Source of the DNA: Acidobacteriota bacterium | GTDB taxonomy: Bacteria; Acidobacteriota; Vicinamibacteria; Vicinamibacterales; JAKQTR01 | Assembly: GCA_029562975.1 (NCBI GenBank) | Contig: JAKQTR010000016.1 | Span: 124,765-188,764, forward strand | Direction of reading: 5' to 3' | DNA: 64,000 nt | Shown here: positions 27,993-36,430 of the stretch, piece by piece | How the letters are laid out: each line of letters starts with the position of its first letter | Numbering within the stretch: position 1 is the stretch's first letter | Translations under genes and position numbers: made by a program | The notes under the pieces: model-generated | Told to the model about the DNA's origin: nothing | The model's input: only the letters and a program-made list of their open reading frames with translations | Databases searched by the model: none

Positions 27993-28463
27993 ATGATGAA
28001 GCGAGCGGTATTCGTGATGGTGGCCGTGCTTCTGGCGCTGGCGCTGGGCGCCGACGCCGGACAGGGAACGGGCAGGATCTCCGGCACGGCGCGCGACGCT
28101 CAGAACCGGGTGCTGGCCAACACAACGGTTCAGCTGCGCCATGTCGACACAGGCCAGCTCGTGGCGACCACGCGGACCGCGGGAGACGGGCGATTCGAGT
28201 TCACCGGCCTGAACCCGGGCAACTACGTCGTGGAAATCGTCGACACCGACGGCAAGATCATCGGCCTCAGCCCGTCAACGGCCCTGGCGGCCGGCGGGTT
28301 CGTCAGCGGGCTCGCGGTGGCGGCGAGCGCAGCCGGTGCCGCGGCTGGGGCGGGCACGGCCTTTTTCGCCTCGACCGGGGGCATTCTGGTGCTGGCCGGT
28401 GCCGGCATCGCCCTGACGGCAGGCGTCATCGCGCTCACCCAGGACGCCAGCGCGTCCAAGTAG
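27993..28463 (+). CDS. CarboxypepD_reg-like domain protein with C-terminal Gly/Ala-rich TM segment
   Basis: Signal peptide MMKRAVFVMVAVLLALALGADA. GRISGTARDAQNRVLANTTVQL...DGRFEFTGLNPGNYVVEI. Hydrophobic tail ...GGILVLAGAGIALTAGVIAL. Confidence 0.7.
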   Translation: MMKRAVFVMVAVLLALALGADAGQGTGRISGTARDAQNRVLANTTVQLRHVDTGQLVATTRTAGDGRFEFTGLNPGNYVVEIVDTDGKIIGLSPSTALAAGGFVSGLAVAASAAGAAAGAGTAFFASTGGILVLAGAGIALTAGVIALTQDASASK

Positions 28464-28489
28464 CCCCGGCGGCTGCCTCCTGGATACGG

Positions 28490-28508
28490 GGCGGGCTCTC
28501 TGCCCGCC
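28490..28508. terminator. Hairpin between convergent genes (7-bp GC stem, 5-nt loop)
   Basis: GGCGGGC (28490-28496), tctct, GCCCGCC (28502-28508), followed by tcgggcgttcgtgtgg. Sits 27 nt after the plus-strand stop. Confidence 0.4.
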
Positions 28509-28581
28509 TCGGGCGTTCGTGTGGAGCCGCTGCGGCTTCGCCTCGAGTTCGCCGCGCCCCGCCCCGATTTCTCTCAGCCGA

Positions 28582-29838
28582 TCATTCGTAGCGCAAGGCC
28601 TCGACAGGATCGAGGTTCGCAGCCCGCCGCGCGGGAAGATAGCCCGCGACGAGTCCGGTGCCCACCGCCGAGCCCAGCCCGCCAGCGACCGCCCACAGCG
28701 GAGGCACCGCGGGAAACGCCGGGGCCGCCAGGCTCAGGGCGAACCCGAGCGCCCAGGAAACCGCGACGCCGACGCCGCCTCCGACGGCCGACAACAGCGC
28801 GGCCTCCACGAGGAACTGGGCCAGCACGTCGCGGCGTTTCGCGCCGATGGCGAGGCGAGTGCCGATTTCCCGCGTGCGCTCCGTCACGGCGATGATCATG
28901 ACGTTGGCGATGCCGATGCCGCCGATCACGAGGCTCACCAGGGCCAGGGCGAAGGCGGCGAGCCCGATCTGGGCGCTGATCGCGTCGAGGTTCGAGATGA
29001 TCTGCTCCGCGGTGGAGAGGGTGAAGTCGTTGTCCGCTCCTGGGGGCAGCCCCCGCATGCGCCGGAGCAGGAACTCCAGCTCGGCCCGGCCCGCTGCCAG
29101 CTGGCCCGGCGCGGTGCGCGCGTAGAGCACGGTGATCCTGGCGTCGGGAAACCGCCTGGCGACGGTGCCGGCCGGGATGGTGATCACGTTGTCCTGGCGG
29201 TTCTCCCCGAAGAAGCCGCCCTTGCGCGGCTCGAGTTCCCCCACGACGGAGTAGGCATCGCCTGCCAGCGTGAAGGACTTCCCGACCGAGGCTGTTCCAC
29301 CGAAGAGCGCCCGCGCGACGCTCGACCCGATGACGGCGACTTTCGCCGCCGAGCTGTCCTCGACGGGCGTGAACGGCCGCCCTGTCCGGAACTCCGCGCC
29401 CGCGACATCGAAGAAGTTCGGCGTCGCGCCCTCGATCAGCACCGTATCGCTCTCGTTCGTGCCGCGGCGGGCCACCAGCGGACGGCCGTCGGCAATCGGC
29501 GGCACGATGATCTGCGCCGCGACCTCGCGGATGGACGAGGCCGCCTCGGCAATCGCCCGGGCCATGGACGGCTCGAGCGGCTTGTTCTGGGCGTCGCGGT
29601 CCGAGCTTGGCGTGTACGGATCCCCGGCGCGATGAAAGGCGAAGACGTTGTCGGTGCCGAGCTCCCGGAAGAGCGCCGCGATGCCGTTGCGCACGCCCGC
29701 CAGGACGGTGGCGACCAGCACGACCGTGATGATCCCAATCACGATGCCGGCGACGGCCAGCGCGGCGCGGGCCTTCTGGCTCCGCAGCGAGTCGACTGCC
29801 AGCGCGAGCGCTTCCACGGCCCCCGTGCTCCGAACCAT
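28582..29838 (-). CDS. ABC transporter permease, MacB/FtsX type (no adjacent ATPase)
   Basis: N-terminal TM (ARAALAVAGIVIGIITVVLV), periplasmic domain, FtsX motif ERTREIGTRLAIGA and 3 C-terminal TMs. ATG 29838 is 4 nt after the upstream stop. Confidence 0.85.
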   Translation of the reverse strand: MVRSTGAVEALALAVDSLRSQKARAALAVAGIVIGIITVVLVATVLAGVRNGIAALFRELGTDNVFAFHRAGDPYTPSSDRDAQNKPLEPSMARAIAEAASSIREVAAQIIVPPIADGRPLVARRGTNESDTVLIEGATPNFFDVAGAEFRTGRPFTPVEDSSAAKVAVIGSSVARALFGGTASVGKSFTLAGDAYSVVGELEPRKGGFFGENRQDNVITIPAGTVARRFPDARITVLYARTAPGQLAAGRAELEFLLRRMRGLPPGADNDFTLSTAEQIISNLDAISAQIGLAAFALALVSLVIGGIGIANVMIIAVTERTREIGTRLAIGAKRRDVLAQFLVEAALLSAVGGGVGVAVSWALGFALSLAAPAFPAVPPLWAVAGGLGSAVGTGLVAGYLPARRAANLDPVEALRYE

Positions 29839-29842
29839 GCTG

Positions 29843-31084
29843 CTATTCCGCCCTGACTGCCGCGATCACGTCTACGCGCGACGCCCGGCGCGCGGGATAG
29901 TACGCCGCGGCCAGGCCGCTCAGCACGGCGGCGACAACGGCCCACAGGATGGTCGCGCCGCGGACCGCGACGTCGAAGTCGAACACCCGGGCCAGCCCGG
30001 ACACCCCGGCGCCGGCGAGCACCGCCCCGACGACGCCGCCGGCCAGCGCGATGATCACCGACTCGGCCGCCACCTCCCACATGATCTGGCGGCGGGTCGC
30101 GCCGAGCGCGCGCCGGACCCCGATCTCGCGGGTCTTCTGCGTGACCGACACCAGCGTCGTGTTCGTGATCACCACGACGGCCGCCAGCAGCGCCATCGCG
30201 GAGATGGGGATCGAGGCGATCCCGACGCGCTCGGACAGGCGCCGGACGAAGGTGCGGGCCGCTTCCGGCGTCAGCAGGTCGAAATTGTCCGGCACGCCGG
30301 GCCTGAGCTGGCGCTTGGCGCGCATCGCCGCGACCGCCACGGCCTCTACGTCCTCGGGATTCGATCCGTCGGCGGCGCGCGCGAAGACGCTGAGCGTCGG
30401 CGCCGCGCCGTACACGCGTTCGAAGGCGGCAAGCGGGATCCAGACGTTCCGATCGAGCGACGTGCCGCCTGACGTGCCGAGCCGCGCCTGCACGCCCACG
30501 ACGTCGAACCGCCGCCCGGCAATCCGGATGCTCCGTCCCACGGCATCCGCCCCCGGAAAGAGCGTGCCGGCGATGTCGGCGCCGATCACCGCGGCCTGGC
30601 TGCCCCGCTCGGCCTCGTGCGGCAGCAGGAACCGTCCGCGCGCGACGCCCAGGTCGCGGATCTCGGCCAGCGACGGCGTCGTGCCGCAGATCGCCGCGTT
30701 CTCGTACTTCCGCGGCCCGGCGGTGACATCGCCCGCGCGCTGCACAGTCGGCGCATAGACGATGCCGCTTGCGTGGCGCTCGAGGAACCTGAGGTCCGGC
30801 CGCCCCACGGGCGGGTTGCGCTGCTGCTTGGCCGCGAGTTCGCGGCGCGTGCTCCCGCCGGCGCTGGCGATCTGCGCGATGAGGAACGTCTCGCTGCCGA
30901 ATGCCCGCGCGCCGGTGGCGTGGGCGTACCGGGTCAACCCGTCGAGGGCCGTGACCACGACGACGATGGCCGCGACGGCCACCGCCACGGCGAGGGCCCC
31001 GAGCCCCGCGCGCAGCGGGTGCCCGCTGATCGCGGAGTGGCCCTGAATGACGGCCTCGACGAGCGCGCGAAACCGGATGGGCAT
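29843..31084 (-). CDS. ABC transporter permease, MacB/FtsX type (no adjacent ATPase)
   Basis: MPIRFRALVEAVIQG...LRAGLGALAVAVAVAAIVVVV, then FtsX motif QKTREIGVRRALGA. ATG 31084; the track ORF 29843..31363 is over-extended. Confidence 0.85.
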   Translation of the reverse strand: MPIRFRALVEAVIQGHSAISGHPLRAGLGALAVAVAVAAIVVVVTALDGLTRYAHATGARAFGSETFLIAQIASAGGSTRRELAAKQQRNPPVGRPDLRFLERHASGIVYAPTVQRAGDVTAGPRKYENAAICGTTPSLAEIRDLGVARGRFLLPHEAERGSQAAVIGADIAGTLFPGADAVGRSIRIAGRRFDVVGVQARLGTSGGTSLDRNVWIPLAAFERVYGAAPTLSVFARAADGSNPEDVEAVAVAAMRAKRQLRPGVPDNFDLLTPEAARTFVRRLSERVGIASIPISAMALLAAVVVITNTTLVSVTQKTREIGVRRALGATRRQIMWEVAAESVIIALAGGVVGAVLAGAGVSGLARVFDFDVAVRGATILWAVVAAVLSGLAAAYYPARRASRVDVIAAVRAE

Positions 31085-31207
31085 GTCGCCGAGCCGTGTA
31101 CTGTAGCGCAAGTCGGCCGGCGCCAGGAGCCCTTGCCGCGGCGAAGGCGCCGGCGTCCGGCGCAGCCGCGCCAGGGCGCTGGCTCTGCGGCCGGGGACCG
31201 ACGCGCA

Positions 31208-31216
31208 TGGTAAAGT
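31208..31216 (+). promoter_or_regulatory. Extended -10 element TGgTAAAGT, 7 nt upstream of adaptor ATG (leaderless-type arrangement)
   Basis: TG at 31208-31209, TAAAGT at 31211-31216, ATG at 31224. No SD fits in between. Confidence 0.35.
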
Positions 31217-31223
31217 GGGTCGT

Positions 31224-32474
31224 ATGAAGCGGCGAACGCTGGGGCTGCTCGCGGGCACCGGCCTGGTCCTCGTCGCGACGGCAGCCGCGCTCGAACGCGG
31301 CGGCGGCGTGCTGGTGGATACGGCACCGGTCGCGCGCAAGGCGGACTTCCGATCGACGGTCACCTCGTCGGGCCAAATCGTCGCGCAGCGCTACGCCGAC
31401 ATCGGCTCCAGTGTCATGGGCCGCCTCGTCCAGCTCCGCGTGAGAGAGGGCGATGCCGTGGAGGCCGGCCAGGTGGTGGCGCGCATCGACGCCGTTCAGG
31501 CAGCGGCGAGCGCCTCGGCGGCCAACGCGCGCGTCAAAGCCTCGGAAGCCGAGGTGCGGGGCGCGGCCGACACCCTGCGGGCGGCCGAAGCCGACCTTGA
31601 CGCGGCGAGGGCCCGCGCCCAGGAGGCCCAGCTGACACTGCGGCGGACGCGCGACCTGCGCGCCGACGGCCTCGTGCCGGCCGCCGAGCTTGACCGAGCC
31701 ACGGCCGCCGCCGAAACGGCCGATGCGCAGCTCCGGGGCGCCGAGGCCGCCCTCCGGCGCCTCCAGCAGGCCCGGGAAGCCACCGAGCGCCGCCTCGCCG
31801 AAGCGCGCGCAGAGGCGGCCCGCGCCGCCGACGTGCTCGCCAAGACCGACATCGTCTCGCCGATGGCCGGCGTCGTGACGCGCCTGCCGGTGCAGGAAGG
31901 CGAGATGGTGGTGATGGGGATCCAGGGGCAGCTCGGCACGACGCTCATGACGATTTCCGACCTGTCCGCCGTCAACGCCGAGGTGAAGGTGGCCGAGGCC
32001 GACGTGGTTCGCCTCGCCCTGAACCAGTCCGCCGTGGTGACGCTGGAGGCCGTGCCGGGGGAGCGTTTCGCCGGGCGCGTCGTCGAGATTGGCGCCAGCG
32101 CGCTGCCGGTCGCCGGCAGCGGAGCCGCGGCCCGCGAGTTCCGCGTGAAGGTGCGCCTCGAGACGGCCGATCGCCGCCTGCGGCCGGGCCTCACCTGCGA
32201 CGCCGAGATTCTGACCGCCGAACGCCAGCACGCCCTCGTCGTGCCGCTGCAGGCCGTCGTGATACGGCCCGGCCGCGACGGGCGCGACGAGGCCGGCCTG
32301 TTCGTCGCCGCCGGCCGCAGCGTGCGCTTCCAGCCCGTGACGGCTGGCATCATCGGCGGCCTCGACATCGAGGTGTCGGGCGTCGAAGACGGCGCGGTGG
32401 TGGTGACGGGGCCCTATCAGGCGCTGCGCGACCTGCAGGACGGCCAGGCCGTGCGCGTGCGATCCCGCCAATGA
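31224..32474 (+). CDS. HlyD/MacA-family efflux adaptor (membrane fusion protein)
   Basis: N-terminal TM (LGLLAGTGLVLVATAAAL), lipoyl-like half (VMGRLVQLRVREGDAVEAGQVVARID), long coiled coil, then IVSPMAGVVTRL. Start is ATG 31224 (GTG 31215 possible). Confidence 0.85.
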   Translation: MKRRTLGLLAGTGLVLVATAAALERGGGVLVDTAPVARKADFRSTVTSSGQIVAQRYADIGSSVMGRLVQLRVREGDAVEAGQVVARIDAVQAAASASAANARVKASEAEVRGAADTLRAAEADLDAARARAQEAQLTLRRTRDLRADGLVPAAELDRATAAAETADAQLRGAEAALRRLQQAREATERRLAEARAEAARAADVLAKTDIVSPMAGVVTRLPVQEGEMVVMGIQGQLGTTLMTISDLSAVNAEVKVAEADVVRLALNQSAVVTLEAVPGERFAGRVVEIGASALPVAGSGAAAREFRVKVRLETADRRLRPGLTCDAEILTAERQHALVVPLQAVVIRPGRDGRDEAGLFVAAGRSVRFQPVTAGIIGGLDIEVSGVEDGAVVVTGPYQALRDLQDGQAVRVRSRQ

Positions 32475-34513
32475 CCAGGCTGCCGGGACACGTCGTCGAG
32501 ACCGCCTGCCCGCTGGACTGCCCGGATTCGTGCAGCCTCAGCGTGTCGCTCGCCGGCGGCCGCCTGTCCGCTATCGACGCCGGTGGCGCCAACCCCGTGA
32601 CCGGCGGGTTCATCTGCGCCAAGGTCAGGCGGTTCGCCGACCGCGTGTACGGCCCGGACCGGCTGCTTCAGCCGGGGTTCCGCCTGGGTCCGCCCGGGTC
32701 GGGCACGTTCCGGTGGGTGAGCTGGGACGAGGCGCTCGACCGTGTGGTGTCGGCCATGCGCGAGGCCCGCGACGGCTGGGGCGCGGCCTCGGTGCTCCCC
32801 TACTGCTACGGAGGCTCGAACGGCCTGCTCTCGCAGGACAGCGCGGATGCCCGGCTGTTCCGCCGGTTCGGGGCGTCGCGCCTGGCGCGCACGCTCTGCG
32901 CCGCGGTCACTGGCGCCGCCTACGAGTCGATGTACGGGAAGATGCCGTCCGTCACGTACCAGGACTACCGGCACGCGGCGCTGATTGTCGTCTGGGGCGC
33001 GAACCCCTCGGCCTCGGGGCCGCATCTGGTGCCGTACATCCGCGAGGCCCGCAGCGCCGGGGCGAAACTGGTGGTCGTCGACCCGCGCGCCACGCCGCTT
33101 GCGCGCGGCGCTGATCTCCACCTGGCGGTGCGGCCGGGCACCGACGTGGCCGTGGCCCTCGCGCTCCACCGCCATCTGTTCGAGCACGCGCTGGCGGACC
33201 AGCGTTTCCTGGACGCGCACGCGACGGGAGCCGAACGGTTGCGGGCGCGCGCGCTGCCCTGGACCGTTGATCGCGCGGCTGAGGTCGCCGGCGTGCGGGC
33301 CGACGACCTCGCTCGCTTCGCGGACCTGTACGCGCAGTCCGCGCCGGCCCTCATCCGGTGCGGCTGGGGCCTCGAGCGCAACCGCAACGGCGGCAGCGCC
33401 GCGGCGGCCATCCTGGCCCTGCCGGCCGTGGCCGGCAAGTTCGGCGTGAGGGGCGGCGGCTTCACGCTCAGCAACTCGGCAGCATGGGGTCTCGCGAAGC
33501 CCTGGATCGGCGCCGAGGAGCCCCCAACCCGGGTGATCAACATGGCCCACCTGGGCCGCGTCCTCACGGAGCCCCTGGATCCTCCCGTCAAAGTGCTCTT
33601 CGTCTACAACTGCAACCCGCTGGCGACGGCGCCGAACCAGAACCTGGTGCGCCGCGGCCTGGCGCGCGCCGATCTGACGACGATCGTCTTCGACCAGGTG
33701 CTGACCGACACCGCGCGGCACGCGGACATCGTCCTGCCGGCGCCGACGTTCCTCGAGCAGTACGACCTTGCGCGGAGCTACGGCGCGATCGGCCTCCAGC
33801 TGGTCCGCCCCGTCATCGACGCGTGCGGCAGCGCGCGCCCCAACGTGGACGTCTTCGCGGAGATCGAGGCGCGTCTCGGCCTGGATCGGCCGGGAGACGC
33901 GCGCGACGAGCTCGACATGATGCTGCGGGTGCTCGACGGCCTTCCGGCCGGCGCCGGCGCCGCGCTGCGGGACGGCGCGCGGCCAGCGCTGCCGTGCGGA
34001 GAAGCTCCGATCCAGTTCGTGGACGTCTTCCCCGGGACGCCCGACGGGAAGATCCGCCTCTTCCCCGACGAGCTCGATCGCGAGGCGCCGCTGGGCCTGT
34101 ACGGGTTCCAGCCGGACCCGGCCACGGCGCGGCACCCGCTGGCGTTGATCTCCCCGGCAAGCGACGCGACCATCTCGTCGTCGCTCGGCGAGCTGGCGCG
34201 ATCCACCGCCCGGCTGGCCATCCACCCCGACGACGCCCGCGCGCGAGGCATCGCCGAGGGAGACTCCATCAGGGTCTACAACGACCTCGGCAGCGTGACG
34301 TGCCTGGCGTCGATCTCGCCGGAGGTGAGAACGGGCGCCGTCTCGCTGCCGAAGGGCCTGTGGGGCCGGCGCACGCTCAACGGCTCCACGGCGAACGCGC
34401 TGACGCCCGACACGCTGTCGGATCTGGGCGGCGGCGCCTGCTTCAACGACGCACGGGTGGAGGTCGAACGCGTCGCCCCACCCGACGGGCGCGCAGACGC
34501 CCGCGTGCACTGA
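32471..34513 (+). CDS. Molybdopterin (Mo/W-bisPGD) oxidoreductase family protein, cytoplasmic, with N-terminal [4Fe-4S] motif
   Basis: Four Cys: CPLDCPDSC plus the downstream Cys in FICAKV. No twin-arginine signal. Typical MopB and C-terminal molydopterin-binding barrel regions (IHPDDARARGIAEGDSIRVYN). ATG overlaps the adaptor stop (ATGA). Confidence 0.8.
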   Translation: MTRLPGHVVETACPLDCPDSCSLSVSLAGGRLSAIDAGGANPVTGGFICAKVRRFADRVYGPDRLLQPGFRLGPPGSGTFRWVSWDEALDRVVSAMREARDGWGAASVLPYCYGGSNGLLSQDSADARLFRRFGASRLARTLCAAVTGAAYESMYGKMPSVTYQDYRHAALIVVWGANPSASGPHLVPYIREARSAGAKLVVVDPRATPLARGADLHLAVRPGTDVAVALALHRHLFEHALADQRFLDAHATGAERLRARALPWTVDRAAEVAGVRADDLARFADLYAQSAPALIRCGWGLERNRNGGSAAAAILALPAVAGKFGVRGGGFTLSNSAAWGLAKPWIGAEEPPTRVINMAHLGRVLTEPLDPPVKVLFVYNCNPLATAPNQNLVRRGLARADLTTIVFDQVLTDTARHADIVLPAPTFLEQYDLARSYGAIGLQLVRPVIDACGSARPNVDVFAEIEARLGLDRPGDARDELDMMLRVLDGLPAGAGAALRDGARPALPCGEAPIQFVDVFPGTPDGKIRLFPDELDREAPLGLYGFQPDPATARHPLALISPASDATISSSLGELARSTARLAIHPDDARARGIAEGDSIRVYNDLGSVTCLASISPEVRTGAVSLPKGLWGRRTLNGSTANALTPDTLSDLGGGACFNDARVEVERVAPPDGRADARVH

Positions 34514-34532
34514 CCACCATCGGAGAACCAAC

Positions 34533-34808
34533 ATGAGCCGCATCGTGCATTGCGTGAAGCTGGGCCGGGACCTGCCGGGCCTCGACTCGCCGCCCTGGCC
34601 GGGCGAACTCGGCGAGCGCATCTTCAACAACGTCTCCCTTGAAGCCTGGCGGCTCTGGGAGGATCGGATGCGGATGATCCTCAACGAGTACCGGCTGCTG
34701 CCGTTCCAGAAGGAGGCGCAGGACCTCGTCGCCGCCCAGATGACGGAGTTCTTCTTCGGCGGGGGGTCGGCGCTCCCGGCGGACTACGTTCCGCCGGCGG
34801 ACCGCTAG
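34533..34808 (+). CDS. yggX: Fe(2+)-trafficking / oxidative-damage protection protein YggX
   Basis: MSRIVHCVKLGRDLPGLDSPPWPGELGERIFNNVSLEAWRLWEDRMRMILNEYRL is collinear with E. coli YggX (MSRTIFCTFL...[21 protein letters not shown]...MLINE). Confidence 0.88.
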   Translation: MSRIVHCVKLGRDLPGLDSPPWPGELGERIFNNVSLEAWRLWEDRMRMILNEYRLLPFQKEAQDLVAAQMTEFFFGGGSALPADYVPPADR

Positions 34809-34913
34809 CGGGGCCGCGCGGGTCCATCAGGGCTCTGCCCGCGCCGGGGGGCCGGCCCGCGTGTGCTATCCTGCGACGGCTCGCGCGGGCGGAAGCCCGG
34901 CCGGGGAGGGCGC

Positions 34914-36407
34914 GTGAACTACTACCTGTACATCATCCTGGCGTACCTGCTGGGCCTGACGGCGTACAACATCAGACGCTCGCGGCAGATCCGGTCGCAG
35001 GAAGACTTCATGGTGGCGGGGCGCAGCCTCTCGCTGACCAAGATGGTCTTCACGCTCGTGTGCACGTGGATCGGGTCCGGCACGTTCATCGCCGGCGCGG
35101 AGTTCGCCTCGTACGCGGGCTGGAGCGCCGTGTGGCAGCCGGCCGGCGCGTTCCTGGGCATCGCGATCATCTACTTCGTCGCGGCGAAGATCCGCACCTT
35201 CGGCCAGTACACCATCGGCGACATCCTCGAGGTGCGCTACGGCCGCTTCGCCAGGCTGTTCGGAGCCATCGCGCTCATCATCGCGTTCACGACGATCGTG
35301 TCGTACCAGTTCAGGGCCGGCGGCGAGATCCTGAACGTCGTCACCGACGGAGCCGTGTCGCCCGAGGTGGGCCAGACGCTGGCCGCCGTCTTCGTGATCC
35401 TCTTCGTCGCCGTTGGCGGCATGGTGGCGGTGGCCCACACCGACCTGCCGAACGGCATCATCATCGTGACGGCCTGCCTGCTGGCGTTCCCCTTCGTCGT
35501 GTCCACGGCTGGAGGCTGGTCGCACGCGCACGACGTGCTGCCGGCCGGGCACTTCGAGGTGTTCTCCCCGGACTTCGGTAAGTACCCGGCACTGAAGGCG
35601 CTCAGCTACTTCCTGTCGACGCTGTTCCTGCTGCTCGGCGTGCAGTCGATGTACCAGAAGTTCTACGCGGCCAAGTCGCCGGCCGAAGCGCGCCGCGCCA
35701 CGGCGATCTGGATCGTGGGCACGATCATCGTCGAGACCATTGTCATCGGCATCGCGGTGTACGCGTATTCGTACAACGTCGAGCACCGCATGAACTGGAG
35801 CGGCCGCGCGCTGGTCCTCAATGCGGCGCGCTACATGGTGCCCGCCCCGGTCGGCGTGCTGCTGCTCGGCGCCGCGTGCGCCGTGGTGCTCTCCACGGGC
35901 ATGAACTACCTGCTGTCGTCGAGCTCGAACCTCATCCGCGACATCTACCAGAAGACGATCAACCCCGCGTCCGATCCCGGCAAGATGGTCGGCCTCCAGA
36001 AAGCGTTCATCGTCGTCACGGGGGTGTGCGCGTTCCTGATGATCTTCGTGCCGACCTACCTCGAGTCCGAGATCTCGGTGCTGCGCTACGCGTACTTCGC
36101 CTACACCATGTACGGCGTGTCCGTGACGCCGGCCCTGTTCGCCGCGCTGACCTGGAAGCGGGCGACCCGCCAGGGCGGCGTGGCGTCGATTGTCGGCGGC
36201 GCGCTCGCCACGATCTTCTTCGAGGTGCTGCTGCCCTACCTGGCGCCGTCGATCGTGGTGGGCACCGATGCGTGGGGCATTCCGAGCTTCTACCCGGCCG
36301 CGCTCATCTCGATCGGCCTGCTCGTCGCCGTCAGCCTGCTGACGCCGCCTCCGGAGCCCAAGGCGCTCGAGAAGCTGTTCCCGGCGGCGGCGGCCGGGGC
36401 CCGCTAG
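34914..36407 (+). CDS. Sodium:solute symporter (SSS) family transporter
   Basis: GTG 34914 is preceded by GGGGAGGG. N-terminus NYYLYIILAYLLGL...DFMVAGRSLS...WIGSGTFIG-like. About 13 TMs. Confidence 0.8.
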   Translation: MNYYLYIILAYLLGLTAYNIRRSRQIRSQEDFMVAGRSLSLTKMVFTLVCTWIGSGTFIAGAEFASYAGWSAVWQPAGAFLGIAIIYFVAAKIRTFGQYTIGDILEVRYGRFARLFGAIALIIAFTTIVSYQFRAGGEILNVVTDGAVSPEVGQTLAAVFVILFVAVGGMVAVAHTDLPNGIIIVTACLLAFPFVVSTAGGWSHAHDVLPAGHFEVFSPDFGKYPALKALSYFLSTLFLLLGVQSMYQKFYAAKSPAEARRATAIWIVGTIIVETIVIGIAVYAYSYNVEHRMNWSGRALVLNAARYMVPAPVGVLLLGAACAVVLSTGMNYLLSSSSNLIRDIYQKTINPASDPGKMVGLQKAFIVVTGVCAFLMIFVPTYLESEISVLRYAYFAYTMYGVSVTPALFAALTWKRATRQGGVASIVGGALATIFFEVLLPYLAPSIVVGTDAWGIPSFYPAALISIGLLVAVSLLTPPPEPKALEKLFPAAAAGAR

Positions 36408-36430
36408 GCCGTCCCCCGGAGCCTTGTCGG

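Noticed and set aside
27993-28463. C-terminal sorting signal (PEP-CTERM or GlyGly-CTERM) on the CarboxypepD_reg protein.
   Set aside because: No PEP motif and no GG-plus-basic-tail pattern. The protein ends in QDASASK after a Gly/Ala-rich helix. Treated simply as a TM anchor.
29739-32471. 910-aa minus-strand ORF spanning the permease/adaptor region. Similar very long ORFs: 8647..10518-, 12480..14234-, 14163..16757+, 22888..24903-, 32417..34684-, 44237..46471-, 52306..54285-, 57884..60343- (upstream part).
   Set aside because: Arg/Gly/Pro/Ala/His-dominated translations with no recognisable motifs. They lie antisense or out of frame to ORFs with clear family signatures. This is typical of stop-codon-poor shadow frames in very GC-rich DNA.
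32471-34513. Selenocysteine recoding or Tat export of the molybdoenzyme.
   Set aside because: The ORF is uninterrupted (no in-frame TGA). The N-terminus goes straight into the Fe-S motif without an S/T-R-R-x-F-L-K-type signal.
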